Shown here piece after piece: positions 18,201 to 28,360 of a DNA stretch of 64,000 nucleotides (within the stretch, counting starts at the first letter, position 1; the number at the start of each line of letters is the position of its first letter). The DNA is from Bacteroidota bacterium (GTDB lineage Bacteria; Bacteroidota; Bacteroidia; Bacteroidales; FEN-979): positions 27,617-91,616 of the forward strand of contig JBAXVX010000007.1 in NCBI GenBank assembly GCA_037128705.1. The letters are read 5' to 3'. A program made the translations under genes and the position numbers. The notes beneath the pieces were generated by a model, which was not told where the DNA came from, made no database searches, and saw nothing but the letters and a program-made list of their open reading frames with translations.

Positions 18201-21200
18201 GGCACCCTGGCCAACCCGGCCAGCCGCTGGGGCGGGGTGATGCGTAAGATTGAAACGACCGACTTTGAGGCCACAAACATCCAGTATATCGAGTTCTGGA
18301 TGATGGATCCTTTCGTGTATGATTCAACCAACGCAGGCCAATTGTATTTCAACCTGGGGGATGTTTCCGAGGATATTTTACGGGACGGGCGGAAGAGTTA
18401 CGAAAATGGATTGCCCACCACATCGGTCGCGACCGGGGTGGATACTACCCTGTGGGGACGGGTACCGCAGTTGCAGTCGCTCGTGGATGCCTTCGACAAC
18501 AATCCCGGTTCGCGTCCCTTCCAGGATGTCGGGTATGACGGTTTGCGCGATGCGGATGAACTTACCTTTTTTGATACGGTTTATAATGCCAAGATCAGCA
18601 ATGCGTTCGGGCAGAGTTCAGGTGCCTTTAAAAATGCAGCGACCGACCCCTCAGCCGATGACTTTCATTATTTCCGGGGAACGGATTATGACAATGACCC
18701 GAACTTCAGCGACATATTGAACCGGTATAAAAAATACAACGGGCCCGACGGGAACAGCCCAACCACTGATCAGTCACCCGAGAATTATCCAACCATCGCA
18801 ACCACACTTCCGAATGTAGAGGATATCAACAAGGACAACACCTTAAGTGAGTCGGAACGTTACTACCAGTATGTTGTTCAGCTTCGCCCCGACCAGATGA
18901 AACCGGGTATGAATTACATTACCAATGTGTATCATGCCACTGACATTCCGCTGGCCGACGGAACCCGCGGGTCCGTCAACTGGTACCAGTTCAAAATCCC
19001 CATCCGTACTCCGGATAAGGTGATCGGCGGTATCAATGATTTCAACTCGATCCGTTTCATGCGGATGTTTTTCAAGAATTTTCCGCGGCCGGTTGTCTGC
19101 CGTTTTGCCACCCTGGAACTTACCCGCGGTGAATGGCGGAAATACACCTACAGCCTGCTTTCACCGGGAGAATATATCCCGGATGATTATCAGAACCAGA
19201 CCCAGTTCGACATTGCCACGGTGAGCCTTGAAGAAAACGGAAGCAAACAGCCAATCCCCTACGTGATGCCCCCGGGTATCGACCGTGAAACAAACTGGGG
19301 ATCGACCAACATGCAAAAGCTGAATGAGCAATCGATGTCCTTCAATGTTTGCAACCTGGTGGATGGAGATGCCCGCGCCGCCTATAAAACCACGGAATTC
19401 GATTTCCGCCAGTTCAAGCGGCTGAAGATGTTTGTTCATGCCGAGCAAGCCATCCGTTCGCAAAACCTGAAAACAGGCGACCTCACCATTATCATGCGCC
19501 TTGGTTCCGACTTCACCGGAAATTATTACGAGTATGAGATCCCACTGAGCTTTACCCCCTGGGGAACGAGAAGCGATAATCCTGATGCCATCTGGCCTGA
19601 AAGCAACGCCTTCGACATTGAGCTGGACCGGCTGGTCCAGGTAAAATACAACCGGCTTGTTGCCATGCGCGACAAGGGGATAGAACTGACGGCGGCAACA
19701 CCCTATTCGGAGTATGACGGGAAAAATAAGATCACCATTGTCGGTTCACCGACCATCAGCGATGTCAAGGCGATCATGGTCGGGATCCGGAATCCAAAGA
19801 AGAGTTCGCAGACACCTGATGACGACGGGCAGGCAAAATGTGCTGAAGTGTGGGTGGATGAACTACGTCTTTCCGACTTTAACAAGCAGGGAGGATGGGC
19901 CGCCACAGCCAGGGTGGCCGTGGAACTGGCTGACCTTGGACGCATTCAGTTAACCGGGTCTTACAGCAGCGCTGGTTTTGGAACCCTCGAACAAAAACAG
20001 ACCCAACGGCAAATGGAATCGATCCTCACCTTCGGTTTCGATACCGATCTCGAATTGGGAAAGTTCTTCCCGGCCAAGTCAGGAGTCAGGATCCCGATGC
20101 ACTTCGATTATTCCATGCAGCAAAACAGCCCGAAGTACGATCCGCTTAATCCTGACCTGTACCTGTCGGATGTGCTGAATGCGTTTGACACAAAGGAGCA
20201 GAAAGATTCCATTAAAAACCTTACGCAGGGCTATACGCAGAGGAAAAACTTCAACCTGATGAATGTCAGGAAGGATCGTACCTCCAACAAAAAACCAAGG
20301 ATTTATGACATCGAGAACTTCAACATCAGTTACGCCTATTCTGAAATTTACCACCGCGATGTCGACATTGAGTATGACCTGAAGAAGACCTATGCCGGGG
20401 GACTGGGATATAATTTTGCCACCCAGCCTAAAAATGTAGTGCCGTTCCAGCGTGTGGCAGGGTTAAGCCGTTCAAAGGCATTTGCTTTGATCAAGGATTT
20501 CAATTTCTATTACCTCCCCAAATCATTTGCCTTCCGAACCGACATGAACCGGGAGTTCAACCAGCGCAAGTACAGGAACAAGAGCCAGGCCATCGTCCCG
20601 ATGGAGACCTTTTACATCAAGCGATGGGACTGGAGCCGCACCTATGACCTGAAATACGATTTCTCGAAATCATTCAGGATCAGCCTTGTCGCCAATGCCA
20701 ACGCATTTATCAATGAACCACCCGGCCAGATCGACCGTTCCAACCGCGACCAGGTTTGGAGTGAAATTTTCTCCTTCGGGACCATGAACAATTATAACCA
20801 GGGATTTAATGTAACCTGGGACATTCCCATCCCCAAGATACCCTATCTCGATTTCATTAACGTGACGGCTGCTTACCAATCAACCTACCGATGGACCGCC
20901 ACGCCGATCTCCATCCAGGCCCAATTTGGCAACTCCATCGAAAATGGATCCCAGAAGAGTTTGAACGGAGGATTGAACATGGTAACCTTGTACAATAAAA
21001 TCCCATATCTCAAAAGAATAAACCAGAACGCATCATCCAATTCCCGGAATGTCCCTCCACCCCAGCCTAAAGTGGGCAAAGATAAAAATCTTGCCAAGCA
21101 GGACAGCATCAAACTTCAGAAGACCGGTCCCAGCGTGGGCAAGATCATCCTGGATGGGACGATCCGTTTCCTGATGGGGGTGAGGACCGCAAGGTTCACC

Positions 21201-22520
21201 TATGCCCAGGGAACAGGAACCCTTTTGCCTGGCTTCAAACCTGAACCCATCGCACTGGGCAACAACTGGAATTTAAATGCGCCGGGACTTGGTTTCATTT
21301 TTGGTGATCAGCGGGATATTCGTCCAAATGCCATCGAACATGACTGGATCACGTCAGATACCATGCTGAATAACCCTTACATCAACAAATTCAATGAAAA
21401 CCTGAATATTACCGTCAGCCTTGAACCGATCAGGGATTTGAAAATTGAGGTGGTGGCAAACAGGCAATATTCAAAAACCCACCAGGAGTACTACAGGGCG
21501 GATGCCACGGGGGAATTCAAAAACTTTTCCCCCATGGATATGGGCAGTTTCTCCATGTCGTACATCATGATCGGAACCTCCTTTGATAAAGAGGATGAGT
21601 TCGGGAAGTCACAGACATTTGAATTGATGAAATCATACCGGATGCAGATTGCCATGCGATATGCCGCGGAAAACCCGAATTCGAAAACATTCAATGACTC
21701 GACCGGATTCCCTTCCGGGTATGGCCCAACCAACCAGGAGGTGCTTGTTACCGCTTTTCTTTCAGCCTATTCAGGAAAGGATCCTGCGAAAATCAAACTA
21801 TCCGCCTTCCCGAGCATTCCGCTTCCCAACTGGCGGATAACCTACGATGGACTTTCCAAACTGAAAATTTTCAAAACCTGGCTTCGCACCCTCACCCTGA
21901 GCCATGCATATCTCTCCACCTACAGCGTTGGCAGTTTCAATTCGAATATCTATTACGCGGAGCAAAACGGAATGCCTTCGGTAACGGACAATGCGGGCAA
22001 TTTCATTCCCCAGGCCCAGATGACGGTTGTTTCGCTTACCGAACAGTTTAACCCTTTGTTTAAGATCGACCTTGGTTTCATAAACAGCCTCCTGGCCAGT
22101 CTCGAACTGCGACGTGCAAGGAATTTGTCATTCAGTTTTGCAAACAACCAGATGACTGAAATAACAAGCAATGAATTTATCATCGGGATGGGATACCGGT
22201 TAAAAGGAATCCGTTTCAATCTTTCGGGAATGCTGGGCGGAGGGAAGAAGATGAAATCCAGCAGCGACCTGAACCTGAAACTTGATTTCTCGATCCGTAA
22301 AAACAAGACTGTGCTGCGGCGGGTCGACCAGGAGGTGAACCAGATTTCGGTGGGCCAGCAGGTGCTTTCGCTCAATTTCTCAGCCGACTATAACCTGAGC
22401 GCCCGGTTCAATGTACGCTTCTATTTCGATAAGATCATCAACACCCCCTATGTTTCAAATCAATACCGCACCTCGAACACCAAAGGGGGCATTGCCTTGC
22501 GGTTTACCCTGTCGCAATAA
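15258..22520 (+). CDS. sprA: T9SS translocon / gliding-motility protein SprA (Sov family)
   Basis: 2420 aa with a signal peptide and giant beta-barrel-type composition. Length and sequence character fit SprA. The start is non-ATG (TTG 15258 or GTG 15270), because no ATG precedes the signal peptide. Confidence 0.9.
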   Translation: MKSLVKKRILYCLICLAVLIAIRIPVFAGETMDNYGPGRFIPFPPDSIITNPDSVKLRYPFNDENVMPGSGQESPLYLKNPSNMKTDVEYDPITRQYYYSYKIGETTYRIPTTLSFDEFQNQDLQSMINQYWKERSEAASMDNSKGIIPKIHIPGKVFETIFGNNTVDIRPQGSAEIMFGIVSNRRDDPMLNTNQRRQTNFDFQEQIQMNVIAKIGDKIEFKVNYNTQATFDFENKLKLKYEGKEDDIIQLIEAGDVNLPLSTSLIRGTESLFGIKTKLRFGRVTVTALYSQQKSETKNITVQGNAQTSKFRLRADEYEENKHFFLGQNFRDTYKASLQNLPVITSNVNILKIEVWVTNIGAAVTENRNVVAFMDLGEYKPYNTRLFTGDPGKKFTSNNSNDLFQKIMPTPADTAQVRNINTVSGYLKNPPFYMISGQDFEKVENARKLLPSEFTFNPKLGFVSLNTALNSDQTLAVAYQYQVVGDTAVHMVGEFSDQGITSPKSLIVKLLKSTSLNTKLPLWNLMMKNVYPLGAYQVQANDFTLNVLYSGNANGVPTAYITEGRIKGVPLIRVLNFDNLNQQFNPPADGMFDFIDQAATQGGTIQASNGRVFFTVLEPFGNDLRDSILDMNDPKGSAALADKYCFDSLYTMTKTMAKQYPDKNKFVLDGFYKSAAGSEISLNALNVPAGSVRVTAGGIQLQENVDFTVDYTLGRVRIINDGILSSGTPISISLESNEMFNVQTKRLMGAHIDYKINKDFFIGGTVLNLNERPLTQKVNYGDEPMSNTLWGLNLSYRTQSRLITRFIDALPLITTKAPSSIAVDAEFAQFIPGHSKAIGAAGTTYIDDFEGAKSTIDLKNIGTWFMASTPQGQTTSAMFPEAANNTKLMYGFNRAKIAWYIIDPLFYDKNTSLMPPNVSNTELSKQYVRQIWETEIFPNKQPLNGVPVNMAVLNMAYYPSERGPYNYDVLASPYSRGLNADGTLANPASRWGGVMRKIETTDFEATNIQYIEFWMMDPFVYDSTNAGQLYFNLGDVSEDILRDGRKSYENGLPTTSVATGVDTTLWGRVPQLQSLVDAFDNNPGSRPFQDVGYDGLRDADELTFFDTVYNAKISNAFGQSSGAFKNAATDPSADDFHYFRGTDYDNDPNFSDILNRYKKYNGPDGNSPTTDQSPENYPTIATTLPNVEDINKDNTLSESERYYQYVVQLRPDQMKPGMNYITNVYHATDIPLADGTRGSVNWYQFKIPIRTPDKVIGGINDFNSIRFMRMFFKNFPRPVVCRFATLELTRGEWRKYTYSLLSPGEYIPDDYQNQTQFDIATVSLEENGSKQPIPYVMPPGIDRETNWGSTNMQKLNEQSMSFNVCNLVDGDARAAYKTTEFDFRQFKRLKMFVHAEQAIRSQNLKTGDLTIIMRLGSDFTGNYYEYEIPLSFTPWGTRSDNPDAIWPESNAFDIELDRLVQVKYNRLVAMRDKGIELTAATPYSEYDGKNKITIVGSPTISDVKAIMVGIRNPKKSSQTPDDDGQAKCAEVWVDELRLSDFNKQGGWAATARVAVELADLGRIQLTGSYSSAGFGTLEQKQTQRQMESILTFGFDTDLELGKFFPAKSGVRIPMHFDYSMQQNSPKYDPLNPDLYLSDVLNAFDTKEQKDSIKNLTQGYTQRKNFNLMNVRKDRTSNKKPRIYDIENFNISYAYSEIYHRDVDIEYDLKKTYAGGLGYNFATQPKNVVPFQRVAGLSRSKAFALIKDFNFYYLPKSFAFRTDMNREFNQRKYRNKSQAIVPMETFYIKRWDWSRTYDLKYDFSKSFRISLVANANAFINEPPGQIDRSNRDQVWSEIFSFGTMNNYNQGFNVTWDIPIPKIPYLDFINVTAAYQSTYRWTATPISIQAQFGNSIENGSQKSLNGGLNMVTLYNKIPYLKRINQNASSNSRNVPPPQPKVGKDKNLAKQDSIKLQKTGPSVGKIILDGTIRFLMGVRTARFTYAQGTGTLLPGFKPEPIALGNNWNLNAPGLGFIFGDQRDIRPNAIEHDWITSDTMLNNPYINKFNENLNITVSLEPIRDLKIEVVANRQYSKTHQEYYRADATGEFKNFSPMDMGSFSMSYIMIGTSFDKEDEFGKSQTFELMKSYRMQIAMRYAAENPNSKTFNDSTGFPSGYGPTNQEVLVTAFLSAYSGKDPAKIKLSAFPSIPLPNWRITYDGLSKLKIFKTWLRTLTLSHAYLSTYSVGSFNSNIYYAEQNGMPSVTDNAGNFIPQAQMTVVSLTEQFNPLFKIDLGFINSLLASLELRRARNLSFSFANNQMTEITSNEFIIGMGYRLKGIRFNLSGMLGGGKKMKSSSDLNLKLDFSIRKNKTVLRRVDQEVNQISVGQQVLSLNFSADYNLSARFNVRFYFDKIINTPYVSNQYRTSNTKGGIALRFTLSQ

Positions 22521-22573
22521 ATCATTTTGTCATTTTAATTAGGCATGACTGCCGGTATTTTTTAAAAAAGATG

Positions 22574-22581
22574 TATTTTTG
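22574..22581 (+). promoter_or_regulatory. -7 promoter box TATTTTTG
   Basis: Exact TAnnTTTG match, ending 17 nt upstream of the gcvH ATG. Confidence 0.5.
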
Positions 22582-22598
22582 AAAAAACATTAAATACA

Positions 22599-22985
22599 AT
22601 GACTATGAACGTTCCTGCAAATCTGAAGTACACGAAGGACCATGAATGGCTGAAAGTTGAAGGTGACCTGGCTTTGATCGGCATTACTGATTATGCACAG
22701 CATGAGTTGGGCGATATTGTTTATGTGGAGGTGGAGACTGTTGGTGAAACCATTGGCAAACATGAATCCTTTGGTACCATCGAAGCCGTTAAAACCGTGT
22801 CCGACATGTTCATGCCGGTATCCGGAGAAATCCTTGCATTCAACGAGGAACTCACAACCAAGCCTGAAACGATCAATCAGGATCCCTATGACAAAGGTTG
22901 GGTGGTAAGGATTAAGATTTCAGAGGCAGGCGAATTAGCTGATTTGCTTGATGCAGCACAATATCAGGCATTGATCGGGGACTGA
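22599..22985 (+). CDS. gcvH: Glycine cleavage system protein H
   Basis: 128 aa. YTKDHEWL.. and the lipoyl-lysine context IEAVKTVSD. Confidence 0.93.
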   Translation: MTMNVPANLKYTKDHEWLKVEGDLALIGITDYAQHELGDIVYVEVETVGETIGKHESFGTIEAVKTVSDMFMPVSGEILAFNEELTTKPETINQDPYDKGWVVRIKISEAGELADLLDAAQYQALIGD

Positions 22986-22990
22986 TGCAG

Positions 22991-24814
22991 TTAAAGGGAG
23001 CCGGATTTAAAGTAGTCAAAGACCAGCTTACCTTTTGCTTTCCCAATGACCTCCTGTAACTCTTCAAGGGCAGCCAGCCGGATATTTTTCACCGACTTGA
23101 ATTTCCACAGCATCTTCTGATTGAGACTGAACCCAATTCCTGGAATTTCCATGAGTTGAGGCGACATGGCTGATTTTTCGCGGAGGCGCCGGTGATGGGT
23201 GATACCAAAGCGGTGTGCTTCATCCCTCATCTGCTGGATGATCCTGAGCGACTCTGACTTTTTATCCAGGTACATCGGGAGCGGATCGTTGGGATAATAG
23301 ATCTCTTCCAGCTTTTTTGCAATCCCGATGACGGTCATTTTTCCTGTCAGTCCAAGCGCATCCAGGCTTTTAAGCGCGGCGCTCAGCTGGCCTTTCCCTC
23401 CATCGACGATGATCAGCTGGGGCAGCGGTTTCTCTTCATCCATCAATCGTTTGTACCGGCGGAAGATGATCTCCTCCATCGAGGCAAAATCGTTGGGACC
23501 CTCCACTGTTTTAATGTTGAAATGACGGTATTCGCTTTTGTCGGGTTTGGCATTTTTAAAGCAGACCATCGCAGCCACCGGATTGCTTCCCTGGATGTTG
23601 GAATTGTCGAAACATTCGATGTGTACCGGCAATTCGGTCATCCGGAGATCTTTCATCATGGTATCCAGGATGCGACGTGATTTATGTTCTGGGTCGACCA
23701 GTTCTTTTTGTTTTTCCCGTTCCAGCTGGTAATATTTTACATTACGCTCGGAAAGTTCCAGCAGTTTCTTTTTGTCGCCGATCTTGGGAACGGTGAAGGT
23801 TACCCCGGGAATCTCAAAATCCAATGTAAAGGGTAAAATGATCTCGGGGGAGACGCTTTCGAACCGCTGCCTGATCTCGGTCATGGCAAACCCGAGCAGT
23901 TCTTCGGGACTTTCATCCAGCTTTTTAATGAGCTCGATCGTGTGAACCTGGATGATGGCTCCATTCATCACCTTCATAAAATTGACATAGGCATGCGACC
24001 CGGAGGAGACGATGGAGAAGACATCCACATTGTTGATGGAGGGGTTGACCACGGTGGATTTGCTCTGGTATTTATCGAGCAGGGCCAGTTTCTCCTTGAT
24101 GAAATGTGCCTTTTCAAATTCCTGGGTACCGGCATATTGCATCATGAGCTCTCTCAGCTGTTTTGCAACCGTAGTGATGTTCCCTTTGATGATCTCCTTG
24201 ATTGCCGCGATCGAGTTGTTGTAGTCTTCGGCACTTTGATGACCTTCGCAGGGTCCCTTGCAGTTACCGATATGATATTCGAGACAGACCCTGAGTTTTT
24301 TTGCCTGAATGTTCTTTTCGGTGAGCAGCAGGGCACAGTTGCGCAAAGGATATAGCTGACGGCTCAACTCCAGCAGGGTATGCATCAGCCGCACATTGGC
24401 ATACGGTCCGAAATAGGTTGATCCGTCGCGGATTACATGGCGTGTCGAGAATATCCGCGGGAATGGTTCATTTTTAATACAGATCCAGGGGAAGGTTTTG
24501 TCATCCTTCAGCGCCACATTGTAGTGTGGCTGATACTTCTTGATCAGGTTGTTTTCAAGGAGGAGGGCATCCTGTTCGGTTTCAACCACGATGTATTTAA
24601 TGTCGGCGATTTTCCGTACCAGCATCTGCACTTTACCGCTGATGGAGTTAATTTTGGCAAAATAGGAACTTACCCGTTTCCTCAGGTCCTTGGCTTTCCC
24701 GACATAGATAATCTTGTTCTTATCATCGAAATACTGGTAAACGCCGGGTTTGTGAGGAAGGTTCCTCACGATGGATTCGAGATGCGAAAAATATTTATTC
24801 AGAGAATTGACCAC
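22991..24814 (-). CDS. uvrC: Excinuclease ABC subunit C
   Basis: 607 aa. GIY-YIG N-domain (PGVYQYF..IIYVGKAKDLRKRVSSYF) and a C-terminal RNaseH-like + (HhH)2 region. GTG start, because no ATG lies upstream of the GIY motif. Confidence 0.93.
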   Translation of the reverse strand: MVNSLNKYFSHLESIVRNLPHKPGVYQYFDDKNKIIYVGKAKDLRKRVSSYFAKINSISGKVQMLVRKIADIKYIVVETEQDALLLENNLIKKYQPHYNVALKDDKTFPWICIKNEPFPRIFSTRHVIRDGSTYFGPYANVRLMHTLLELSRQLYPLRNCALLLTEKNIQAKKLRVCLEYHIGNCKGPCEGHQSAEDYNNSIAAIKEIIKGNITTVAKQLRELMMQYAGTQEFEKAHFIKEKLALLDKYQSKSTVVNPSINNVDVFSIVSSGSHAYVNFMKVMNGAIIQVHTIELIKKLDESPEELLGFAMTEIRQRFESVSPEIILPFTLDFEIPGVTFTVPKIGDKKKLLELSERNVKYYQLEREKQKELVDPEHKSRRILDTMMKDLRMTELPVHIECFDNSNIQGSNPVAAMVCFKNAKPDKSEYRHFNIKTVEGPNDFASMEEIIFRRYKRLMDEEKPLPQLIIVDGGKGQLSAALKSLDALGLTGKMTVIGIAKKLEEIYYPNDPLPMYLDKKSESLRIIQQMRDEAHRFGITHHRRLREKSAMSPQLMEIPGIGFSLNQKMLWKFKSVKNIRLAALEELQEVIGKAKGKLVFDYFKSGSL

Positions 24815-24865
24815 TTTTTTGAACGGAATAATCCCGGCAAAGATATCTGAAATTTCCTTTGTCAG

Positions 24866-27283
24866 TTATCGGTCCATCCCGTTATCGAACTCAAACTTCG
24901 TCTCCTTTTGCTTTTTCCCGTTGGTGCCGAAATTAAAGACAAACCCGGCATAAATCACGCGTGCATCGCGGCGGCGCGTCGATTCCTGGATCAAAACAGG
25001 CGTGTTCACCGTAGCCTTGTAGGTTTGGGAATTGAAAAGGTCAGAAATGGTGGCGATCAGGGAGATCCGTTTCTTCCAGAAATCCTGGCGGAAGCCCAGG
25101 TTTACCACCCAGTTAGGCAGCCTGTTCCCCTGCGGCGTGAGGACCTCTGACCGGTATTGGCCGAAAACCTGGAACAGGGTGGTCTTTGTGATGTTGAACG
25201 ACGCATTCACCTTGGCGTTCCATGAGAAGGTGGACTTGTTGCTGCCATATCCGATGTTGGAGGCATCGATCACGCTGTAAAATCCCGAGGCACTGAAGTT
25301 AAGGTTCATGATCTTTCCCGCCTGCCAGCTGCCGCTCAAATCAACCCCGGCCGACTGGTCTTTGGCCATGTTCTCGATGGTAGTTTTGAGCACGCTGTCG
25401 TTCACACTTGTGGTGACCCTGGTAAATCCGTTGATCTTGTACCGGTAAAAGAGGGTAGGGATGATGATGAAGTTCTCGGGCCGGAATGCATAGCCAAATT
25501 CGATTGAATGAATGTCTTCGGGTTTGAGATCCGGGTTGCCTACATAAATATTTCGCGGGTCGCGGAATTCGGGAACCGGGTTCATGTCCTCCCCGTCTGG
25601 ACGGTTAACTCGCCTGCTGTAATTCAGCTGCCATTCATTTTTCCCGGATGCCAGTGCCAGGTGAAGGGTAGGGTAGAGGGCAAAGTAGTTGCTGCTGATG
25701 GCTGTGTCGAGGGTGATGAATTTCAGGTCAACGGTTGTTTCTTCGGCACGCAGCCCAGCCATGGCGGTGAACTTTTTCCATGTGCCGGTCACCGTGCCGT
25801 ACAGTGCGTAAACCGTTTGATTTGATTTAAAATGGTTGCTGGCGGCGGTATCGTTGTACCATTTCCCCGATTCCGGATCCAGGTGATCGACCACCTGGTC
25901 CTGGTCGCTGATCTGCACGATCTGCTGATAACCTCCTTCAAAGCTTGCATTTTCCCAGAGCGGCCGGGAATAGTTGGCCGAGAAGTTGAACTCCTGGTTC
26001 CCGTTATTCCCGGTTGTATGATCCTGTCCCCGGGGATAGGCTGGAAGAGTGTAATCATCAGTCCAGTAGTCATCTTCCTTTTCAGTTTCCTGCTGGTATT
26101 CAAAATCGGCCCGGAAAATATGCTCCGCCTCCCTGTTAAAGACATGCTCATAAAAGGCAGTTAATCCGGCGCTTTGTTCACCCTCTGTGCCTGAAAGGGT
26201 GCGGGTGTACTGTTCCTCCGGTTGAAAGGCATTGTCCCTGTATAGGTTTTCATCGGTATTGGATCGCTTGTTCTCACGGAAGTTATAGGTGCCCGAAATG
26301 CCTGCCACATCCTTTTTCCCCATGCTCCAGTCGGATCCCAGCTGGGCCAGGTGCGACTGGGAGCGTGCGTTTCCCGTGGAGGTTTGTTGCAGGTAGGTCG
26401 ACAGGTTCTTCACCGTGTCGATGGTCTGGGAACTGAGATCACCGCTGCGGAAGCGGTAATCCTGCCTGTAACCGTAACTTCCGAACAGGTTGATCTTGCC
26501 GGTGTTGTAGTTGATCTGAAGGTTTGTATTGAAGCGGCTGTTATTGCCGGCATTGGCCCCGAGAATGGTGTTGATCCCGGCTTTCCGTTCCTTTTTCAGG
26601 ATGATGTTGATGATGCCGCCGGTACCATCGGGACGGTATTTGGCTGATGGATTTGTGATGACTTCGATTTTTTCGACCAGGGAGGCGGGCATCTGTTCCA
26701 GGTTTGCCGAGCCGGTCATGACCGATGGCCGGCCGTTTATCAGGATCGTCACATTTCCCGATCCCCGGAGGCTGATGTTTCCGTCAATATCAACCGAAAT
26801 CGAAGGAATGGTCTGGAGCATATCGGTCACGGTCCCGGTTTGTGCCTGGATATCCTTCTGTACATTGAAAACCTTCCGGTCGATCTTGTTGATCATCATA
26901 CTCCGCTCGGCGGTAACGGTCACTTCATTCATGGTAATGGAAGAGGTTCCGATGGTCAGGGTTCCCAGGTCCGCCTTCGGGCTTTTCCGGCTGATCACCA
27001 CGGGCCGGGAACGCTGTTTTTCATAGCCGATGAAGGTGTATTCCAGGTAAAAGGTGCCATAGGGAACATCCTTCATCCTGAAAAAACCCGTGCTGTCGGA
27101 AACCACGCCGGTGACCATCGCATGGTTGATGGTGTCGCGGAGTACTATGTTGGCATACTCCACCGGGGCTTTCGTTTGCACATCGATGATTTTGCCTGAA
27201 ATGGAACCGGGAAATTTATTTTGAGCTAAAATGGGAAAAGAGAACAACGAAAAAATCAGGAGTAAAATGAGCGGTCGTGTCAT
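24866..27283 (-). CDS. TonB-dependent outer-membrane receptor with a carboxypeptidase-regulatory-like N-domain
   Basis: 805 aa. Signal peptide, CarbopepD_reg-like segment (ISGKIIDVQTKAPVEYANIVL), plug and beta-barrel sequence character. Confidence 0.82.
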   Translation of the reverse strand: MTRPLILLLIFSLFSFPILAQNKFPGSISGKIIDVQTKAPVEYANIVLRDTINHAMVTGVVSDSTGFFRMKDVPYGTFYLEYTFIGYEKQRSRPVVISRKSPKADLGTLTIGTSSITMNEVTVTAERSMMINKIDRKVFNVQKDIQAQTGTVTDMLQTIPSISVDIDGNISLRGSGNVTILINGRPSVMTGSANLEQMPASLVEKIEVITNPSAKYRPDGTGGIINIILKKERKAGINTILGANAGNNSRFNTNLQINYNTGKINLFGSYGYRQDYRFRSGDLSSQTIDTVKNLSTYLQQTSTGNARSQSHLAQLGSDWSMGKKDVAGISGTYNFRENKRSNTDENLYRDNAFQPEEQYTRTLSGTEGEQSAGLTAFYEHVFNREAEHIFRADFEYQQETEKEDDYWTDDYTLPAYPRGQDHTTGNNGNQEFNFSANYSRPLWENASFEGGYQQIVQISDQDQVVDHLDPESGKWYNDTAASNHFKSNQTVYALYGTVTGTWKKFTAMAGLRAEETTVDLKFITLDTAISSNYFALYPTLHLALASGKNEWQLNYSRRVNRPDGEDMNPVPEFRDPRNIYVGNPDLKPEDIHSIEFGYAFRPENFIIIPTLFYRYKINGFTRVTTSVNDSVLKTTIENMAKDQSAGVDLSGSWQAGKIMNLNFSASGFYSVIDASNIGYGSNKSTFSWNAKVNASFNITKTTLFQVFGQYRSEVLTPQGNRLPNWVVNLGFRQDFWKKRISLIATISDLFNSQTYKATVNTPVLIQESTRRRDARVIYAGFVFNFGTNGKKQKETKFEFDNGMDR

Positions 27284-27409
27284 AGGCAGATCGGAAATTA
27301 CAGGACCGTAAAGGTAGGTAAATATCGCTTCGGAGGATCTGTCCCGGTAGTATTTTGGGGCATTTCAGTCAGGCAATCATGGTTTCCTCTCGGGCAGGGT
27401 GAACTTTAT

Positions 27410-28255
27410 TTACTCATCTATTATTTTCAGGTACCTCAATACCTGAAGTGTGATTGTTTTCCTTGCCATCGCGAAATCGCTTATCTCCTGCTGATTTTTT
27501 GGCTCAACCAGGGTCGCGATGAAATACACCTTCCCTTTCGTTTCAATCCACCCCACAAACCAGCCGTAATTGTTGCCATTGCGCACAGCCCAGCCGGTTT
27601 TGCCGCTCAGGGTATACTCCGGGGTGGTTTCCTGTACCATGATGTCTTTCACCTCCTGAATGACTAAAGTTTTCAACGGCAGCTTCTCTTCATAAAGCCG
27701 CCTTAGAAACTCAACCTGTTGCCGTGGTGTGATCCTTGAATTTCCCTCCAGCCAGAAAAGATCAATGTTATCGTCACGGACATCCATACCGGGATAACCC
27801 ATTTCCTGCAGAAACTGCTTCATCCGCGCCGGGCCGATCTTACGTGCAAGTTCCTGGAAACAGGGAACACAGGAAACCTGGAATGCATCGCGCAGCGTTA
27901 GATCCTGCTCCCATTGCGGAAGTCGTCGTGCCTCCCCCTTCCATTTGAACAGATGGTTTGGTTTTATCACCCCGGTTTCCAGTCCGATAAGGGTATTCGG
28001 AATCTTGAAGGTGGATGCCGGGAGATATCCGCTGTCCCACCTGGCAGGATGATATCCGAATGACCGGCCTGATTTCGGGTCGAGGATCAGGATGGTCCCG
28101 GTCATGTCGTATTTGTCAAAAATGCCCTTCAGGATCAATAATGAATCATTGCCCGATTTCATGGCCGTAACCTGTTTCATGAGGTCGTTCGGAATGGTCG
28201 CAGAAAGAATCAGCGTTACCAGGAAACAAGGAATCATGACAAGAAATTTTTTCAT
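27410..28255 (-). CDS. Class D (OXA-type) beta-lactamase family protein
   Basis: 281 aa with a signal peptide. Motifs appear in the correct order: STFK, SCV (SxV), FWLEG, KTG (SGKTGW), WFVGW. The YGN box is divergent (GYPG). Confidence 0.78.
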   Translation of the reverse strand: MKKFLVMIPCFLVTLILSATIPNDLMKQVTAMKSGNDSLLILKGIFDKYDMTGTILILDPKSGRSFGYHPARWDSGYLPASTFKIPNTLIGLETGVIKPNHLFKWKGEARRLPQWEQDLTLRDAFQVSCVPCFQELARKIGPARMKQFLQEMGYPGMDVRDDNIDLFWLEGNSRITPRQQVEFLRRLYEEKLPLKTLVIQEVKDIMVQETTPEYTLSGKTGWAVRNGNNYGWFVGWIETKGKVYFIATLVEPKNQQEISDFAMARKTITLQVLRYLKIIDE

Positions 28256-28360
28256 ATGGGAAAGTGAAGGGTTACAGTAAAATTACAAAACTTATGGTAT
28301 TTATAATGTATACTCTGATCCGGATGAACTCATTTTTTTCCGACCTTTGAGAAAATCCTT

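Noticed and set aside
15285-22375. Numerous 60-205-aa minus-strand ORFs within sprA (for example 17142..17759 and 16182..16727)
   Set aside because: All are antisense to one uninterrupted 2420-aa ORF. None has family resemblance.
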